A stretch of 64,000 nucleotides of DNA from Candidatus Moraniibacteriota bacterium (GTDB lineage Bacteria; Patescibacteriota; Minisyncoccia; Moranbacterales; UBA1568): assembly GCA_028711705.1 (NCBI GenBank), contig JAQTRS010000003.1:27818-91817 (forward strand), in the 5' to 3' direction. This document shows, in pieces, positions 59,944 through 64,000 of the stretch (positions within the stretch are counted from its first letter, which is position 1; each line of letters starts with the position of its first letter). Both the position numbers and the translations under genes were made by a program. Below the pieces are notes generated by a model that was not told the origin of the DNA, ran no database searches, and saw nothing but the letters and a program-made list of their open reading frames with translations.

Positions 59944-60106
59944 AGGGCATATGAAAACGATATCGCTATATAAGTATAGCACTTTTAAGCCGAATATATT
60001 TCACGGGCGCCTCTGATTCATCGCCTGTACGAGATTATTGCGCACGAGAATTCGTATGCACAGGAAAGGAAAGTCCATAAACTTTGAAGGGAGGAGGTGA
60101 ATGATT

Positions 60107-60520
60107 ATGACACGGGAAATAATTCCTTGGGGCGCTGCTCGGGATATCGATGCGTTTCTGGGCGATTTCGGGCTCGGTCATTTCGGTGGGCGGTTCGTGC
60201 CGTCGATGGACGTGTATCAGGACAAGGACCAGGTGGTGGTCGATGTCTCGATCGCGGGCGTCGATCCGGAAAAGGTCGATATCACCATCGAGGGCGATGT
60301 GCTGACCGTAAGCGGTCACACTGAGGAGCGAAAGGAGATAAAGCATGAGGACTACTATCGCAAGGAAGTGCGCAGCGGTTCTTTTACGCGGTCCGTCATA
60401 CTCCCGATGCGCGTTAAGGGCGATCTTGCGGAGGCTCAGTATTCCAAGGGTATCCTGAGGATAACGATGCCGAAGGCGGAAGAGGAAAAGTCAAAGAAAA
60501 TCGCTGTCAAAGTGAAGTGA
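60107..60520 (+). CDS. Hsp20/alpha-crystallin small heat-shock protein
   Basis: PSMDVYQ, GVDPEKVDITIEG, GSFTRSVILP, GILRITMPK; strong SD GGAGGAGGTGA. Confidence 0.95.
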   Translation: MTREIIPWGAARDIDAFLGDFGLGHFGGRFVPSMDVYQDKDQVVVDVSIAGVDPEKVDITIEGDVLTVSGHTEERKEIKHEDYYRKEVRSGSFTRSVILPMRVKGDLAEAQYSKGILRITMPKAEEEKSKKIAVKVK

Positions 60521-60590
60521 CCGATGCTTTGTTTGGGCGGTGATCTTGATAAAAGCAGCCTTTACTCAGGGCTGTTTTTGTTATAAAACC

Positions 60591-60619
60591 TTGACTTTTT
60601 TTGAGAGTCGTCCTATACT
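60591..60619 (+). promoter_or_regulatory. Sigma70-type promoter
   Basis: TTGACT-17 bp-TATACT. Confidence 0.75.
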
Positions 60620-60677
60620 GAGCTCGTCAATTCATATTTTGGAATGATACAACTGAAGCGTTTTTTTGGAGGTGAGT

Positions 60678-60860
60678 ATGAAAAGTAATAACGGTGGTAG
60701 GGGAAATAACGGGTTCCCTGATGAAAAAAGCATCGAACAGGTTCAAGAACAATTCATCATTGGCAGTGACGAATTGTTGATTGATCCGGATGATGTTTGG
60801 CTCCTGAGAGAAATTTGTGACTGCGGTCATAGGGACTGCATATGCCCCTCAGATGAGTAA
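60678..60860 (+). CDS. Small acidic protein with C-terminal CxCxxxxCxC motif (60 aa)
   Basis: SD GGAGGTGA just upstream; ends LREICDCGHRDCICPSDE. Confidence 0.6.
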   Translation: MKSNNGGRGNNGFPDEKSIEQVQEQFIIGSDELLIDPDDVWLLREICDCGHRDCICPSDE

Positions 60861-60899
60861 TATGCGGATGGACAGCCTACCCTAAAGGAGGGGATAGCG

Positions 60900-61037
60900 A
60901 TGAAAACGAGTAATAATCCAACTGATTATGATCAGCTGGGATGGGAGATTACCGGCGCACCGAATCTTCCAAGGTGGCTAGTATCGACGGCAATCAGTAT
61001 GGTGTTGGTGGTGTTGCTGATTGCGGCGTTTGTATAG
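60900..61037 (+). CDS. Small single-TM protein (45 aa; not in ORF track)
   Basis: SD AAGGAGG; MKTSNNPTDYDQLGWEITGAPNLPRWLVSTAISMVLVVLLIAAFV. Confidence 0.6.
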   Translation: MKTSNNPTDYDQLGWEITGAPNLPRWLVSTAISMVLVVLLIAAFV

Positions 61038-61105
61038 CCAAGACAGGTTTATTGAAACTGAGGCCTAGAAGCTCTAGGCATTGGCTTGAAACGAGCCAAG
61101 AATAC

Positions 61106-61148
61106 AGGCATTGTCGCTTAAAAAAGTGATGATGCCTCTTTCTTTTTG
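61106..61148 (+). terminator. Terminator after the small-ORF pair
   Basis: AGGCATTGTCGCT...AGTGATGATGCCT followed by a T-rich tail. Confidence 0.6.
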
Positions 61149-61215
61149 AGATGTATGATCAATGAGATATATCCTGAAAGGACTGTATTTTGTGTATCGT
61201 AGTAGGAAAGAGAGT

Positions 61216-61830
61216 ATGAATATACCGTTATGTCCTATGCATCACAAAAGACTTCAGGTATTTGCAGGCGTTACGTTCATTGTTCTGGGCATTGTGTTGC
61301 TCCGCGTCCCCCAGGAGTGGTTCCCGGATTTTTATCGAGCCTCATATATAGGCGTTATCGCGCTGCTTTCTTCGGTGCTTATTTATCTTCCATCGTTGAT
61401 GCTCACGCAAGACACGCCCAAAAAGCGGGAATTGGTCCTGCAAAGCCGATCCGTCATAGCGTTTTCACTGAGTATCAATCTATTGGGTGAGCTCGGACTG
61501 TTTCAACTCTATCGATTCGGATTCGAATATGATAAATTCGCCCATTTCATTGTTTGCATGGCTTTTACGGTGATACTCTGCGAAGCGCTTATAGAATGGA
61601 AGCATTGCCATTCCAAGCAAGCCATCATAGTAGCAGTCTTGATCATTGTTGGTTCCGGAATATTGTGGGAAGTTGTTGAGTTTTCCTCAGATGTGCTTTT
61701 TGGAACGCAAGAATGGGGAGTCTATGGAAAATACACGGTTCCGGATACGATTAAGGATATTCTTTTCAACATCGTGGGCATCATTTCTGGTATAATCATC
61801 TTTAAACCCCCAAAAAGGCTTTCGAAGTGA
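61216..61830 (+). CDS. Membrane protein (DUF2238/VanZ-like)
   Basis: YDKFAHF, WEVVEF, DTIKDILFN. Confidence 0.7.
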   Translation: MNIPLCPMHHKRLQVFAGVTFIVLGIVLLRVPQEWFPDFYRASYIGVIALLSSVLIYLPSLMLTQDTPKKRELVLQSRSVIAFSLSINLLGELGLFQLYRFGFEYDKFAHFIVCMAFTVILCEALIEWKHCHSKQAIIVAVLIIVGSGILWEVVEFSSDVLFGTQEWGVYGKYTVPDTIKDILFNIVGIISGIIIFKPPKRLSK

Positions 61831-61911
61831 GTAGGTATACCCGTATTTATTATGAAAGCGCATGTCTTTATAACCTTGTTGTATCATAATCTCATTGTTT
61901 GATTATCGATA

Positions 61912-62268
61912 TTACAATAGCTTTAAAAGGGGTTGTTTCTGTAAAATACCGGAAAGATCTCCAGGGTTTCTCCTTATTATCAACAGTGGCCCAAAGCTGA
62001 TCAGAGGAAGAAATCCTATAACCCCAATGAGTTTGAGCGCTGTTTTAATAATTGGAAGTTCGCTCGTATCATTTTTCCATTGTGCGCAAAGCATCGCAGT
62101 GATCGATCCAATAATAGACGCTCCAAATAAAGATGTTAACGAAAGATATCCAAGAAGCATAAGTGTGAAAAATGCTACAGTTGTAAATACCAGGAAATAA
62201 GAAATAAACAGCGTGATGAAGCCATGCACGCTTGTTTTCGGTTTAAGTGTTAGTCCATTCTCATGCAT
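61912..62268 (-). CDS. Hypothetical membrane protein
   Basis: 118-aa hydrophobic ORF. Confidence 0.55.
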   Translation of the reverse strand: MHENGLTLKPKTSVHGFITLFISYFLVFTTVAFFTLMLLGYLSLTSLFGASIIGSITAMLCAQWKNDTSELPIIKTALKLIGVIGFLPLISFGPLLIIRRNPGDLSGILQKQPLLKLL

Positions 62269-62370
62269 AGTATAATCGTTGTCACTTTATTCAACAAAAA
62301 ACAGAAAACCCACTGAAGCAGATTTTCTGTTGAGGGGTTTTTTACTAGATTTCTACTGGCGATGGCGTTC

Positions 62371-63039
62371 TTAGCGTCTACCTTGGGGTAGTTCTTGAAA
62401 TATCCACTCGCTTCGATCCGGGTCAAGAAAATCAAGAACATCTTCAGCACTTTTTTTACTTAGCCATTTTAAAGTGTCTCTGAAACAGCATGCCTCGACA
62501 ATGCTTAAATTTTCATCAGCTTGTTCCCAGAAATTAGCATGGCGCACAAAAACAACTTTGATCTTATGTTTTTGACATGCTTCAACAACACTTTCTTTAA
62601 ATGACTCTATATCATACAAACAACGGCTACATAGACACGTTACGAAGTACGGACGCTCTTTCGGATTTTGTCCTTTGAATACAATAGTACTCGCCGTATC
62701 CATTATCGCATCATTCCATACAGCGAAGGCGCATTGCGGTAATGATTTTATCTGAAGGAGTGATACGTGACGAAATGTGTCAAGTTGGATCACATCAACC
62801 GTATCTTGGTGCCCAGTTGTGATGATTGTCTCCTTAAGAGATTTTCCTTCGATTACTCCTCCACGTGGAAAGACGTATCTGCCGACTGCTTTAGTTTCAC
62901 TTGATCCTGATTGTGTTAGATTGCGCCCAGTGACAGTGGGTGCGTGATGTTTTGTTATTGCGATTAAACCATCTTTAACTTTGAATACTATATTCTTTAG
63001 ATGATAGAATGCGCCGAGTAGGGCTACTTTTATTTTCAT
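62371..63039 (-). CDS. Hypothetical protein (CLCSRC motif)
   Basis: 222-aa ORF with SD AAGGAG upstream. Confidence 0.65.
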   Translation of the reverse strand: MKIKVALLGAFYHLKNIVFKVKDGLIAITKHHAPTVTGRNLTQSGSSETKAVGRYVFPRGGVIEGKSLKETIITTGHQDTVDVIQLDTFRHVSLLQIKSLPQCAFAVWNDAIMDTASTIVFKGQNPKERPYFVTCLCSRCLYDIESFKESVVEACQKHKIKVVFVRHANFWEQADENLSIVEACCFRDTLKWLSKKSAEDVLDFLDPDRSEWIFQELPQGRR

Positions 63040-63178
63040 GGAAAAACTCCTTTATTTGGGGTTGTGTATTTTATTGTTAAATAATCTGCTCATGCAGACT
63101 TTCGATCCTAGTATATGTTATGAATTTTGTCAATATAAATACCAAAAACAAGGTCCTTTCAAACCTTGTTCTTATCTG

Positions 63179-63250
63179 AGCGAGTAACGGGAGTCGAACC
63201 CGTATCTTGACCTTGGCAAGGTCACATAATAGCCGCTATACGATACCCGC
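63179..63250 (-). tRNA. tRNA-Gly(GCC)
   Basis: GCGGGTA...TGACC-TTGCCAA-GGTCA...TTCGACT...TACTCGCT. Confidence 0.95.
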
Positions 63251-63304
63251 TTATGCTATTTTTATCACTATTTTACACACAGAATATGAGAAAGCAAATG
63301 GTCT

Positions 63305-63380
63305 TGGTGGGTCCGGCTGGAATCGAACCAGCGACCTAGAGATTATGAGTCCCCCGCTCTAACCGCTGAGCTACGGACCC
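63305..63380 (-). tRNA. tRNA with CAT anticodon, probably tRNA-Ile2; CCA encoded
   Basis: GGGTCCGTAGCTCAG...CTCATAA...TTCGATT...GGACCCACCA; lacks the fMet C1 mismatch. Confidence 0.9.
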
Positions 63381-64000
63381 CCCTTTTCGAACTTAAGCAA
63401 CTTCATGCCCTCTATCCATCCAATAATTCGGAAGAATAACCGTACATCATACATTCTAATATGAACCGTGCCGTGAGTCAAGGTGTTTCCGCGCTTTCCT
63501 TGGCTTGATTTATTTGCTTTCAATTGTGTTTTGATGAACTGATTTTTCGGAATAGAAGTGACGTTCGACCAAAAGGAAATGACCGTATCTGTATCGATAT
63601 TGGGATGCGCTATGACCTGTATTTTTATTTCCGAGTCGTTTTTGATGCAAAATGTCCGAAAAAAGGCCATCATTAGTGTAATCATTTGCGGATCCGAATT
63701 TGCGAAATCTACGCATTTCCATTTGCTTCCGTAGGCGCCTTTTTTGTATCCTTCCGCCCAATAAAGGGATACTCCTATGAGGAAAAGGGGATTTTCAGAA
63801 AGTTTATGGACTTCTTGCGTGGCATTGTCACGAATATCATCCGCCTGTTTTTTGGCAAGCGCTGTTTGATTTTTATTTCTTTGAATTAGTGATCGTATAC
63901 TTGTAGCACATACCCGGGTGGATATTTTTTGCTGAGCCTCTGTTGAAAGAGGTATATCTTTGAGCCACGAGCTGAGTGTGCTTTTGGGAATATGTAAGCT
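63371..64000 (-). CDS. HTH + LAGLIDADG-like putative endonuclease (5' end beyond window)
   Basis: Frame is open to 64000: IPKSTLSSWLKDIPLS...LFLIGVSLYWAEGYK...FANSDPQMI...IPKNQFIKT...HGT...RIIGWIEG. Confidence 0.7.
   Translation of the reverse strand, partial: SLHIPKSTLSSWLKDIPLSTEAQQKISTRVCATSIRSLIQRNKNQTALAKKQADDIRDNATQEVHKLSENPLFLIGVSLYWAEGYKKGAYGSKWKCVDFANSDPQMITLMMAFFRTFCIKNDSEIKIQVIAHPNIDTDTVISFWSNVTSIPKNQFIKTQLKANKSSQGKRGNTLTHGTVHIRMYDVRLFFRIIGWIEGMKLLKFEKGGP

Noticed and set aside
59976-60003. CIRCE element upstream of hsp20
   Set aside because: Only one half-site (TAGCACT); the inverted partner is absent.
60068-60076. GGAAAGTCC RNase P RNA signature
   Set aside because: Lies in the short hsp20 leader with no room for, or other motifs of, rnpB.

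Overview
Core chromosomal region of a small-genome bacterium, most likely Patescibacteria/CPR (Parcubacteria-like; inferred from gene content). It holds dnaN-dnaA / rpmH-rnpA-yidC-jag, a flippase-GT2-O-antigen-ligase glycosylation cluster and a ~14 kb minus-strand relaxase-free T4SS-like cluster (pilin, VirB4, PrgI, VirB6-like, LysM-CHAP). It also holds a Xer-family recombinase, pcrA, rsmA, comM, lspA, yraN, pnp, rpsO, ftsH, tilS, gmk, rpsA, gyrA, rbfA, nrnA, udg, an Hsp20 and 7 tRNAs. Main observations: (1) the likely oriC is ~32 kb away from dnaA, at ~34.5-34.9 kb (DnaA-box cluster, Bacillus-like unwinding element, visible GC-skew flip); (2) six parS sites are embedded inside an intact O-antigen-ligase-family CDS at 41.2-42.3 kb, in all three reading frames; (3) a ~570-nt promoter-associated, densely hairpinned non-coding region abuts that origin; (4) a dispersed ~120-bp element occurs twice, with a conserved core but unrelated terminal inverted repeats; (5) a T4SS pilin-like protein is fused to an M15-type Zn peptidase; (6) an HTH/LAGLIDADG-like gene has its stop codon inside a tRNA. 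All calls were made by eye, without database searches.
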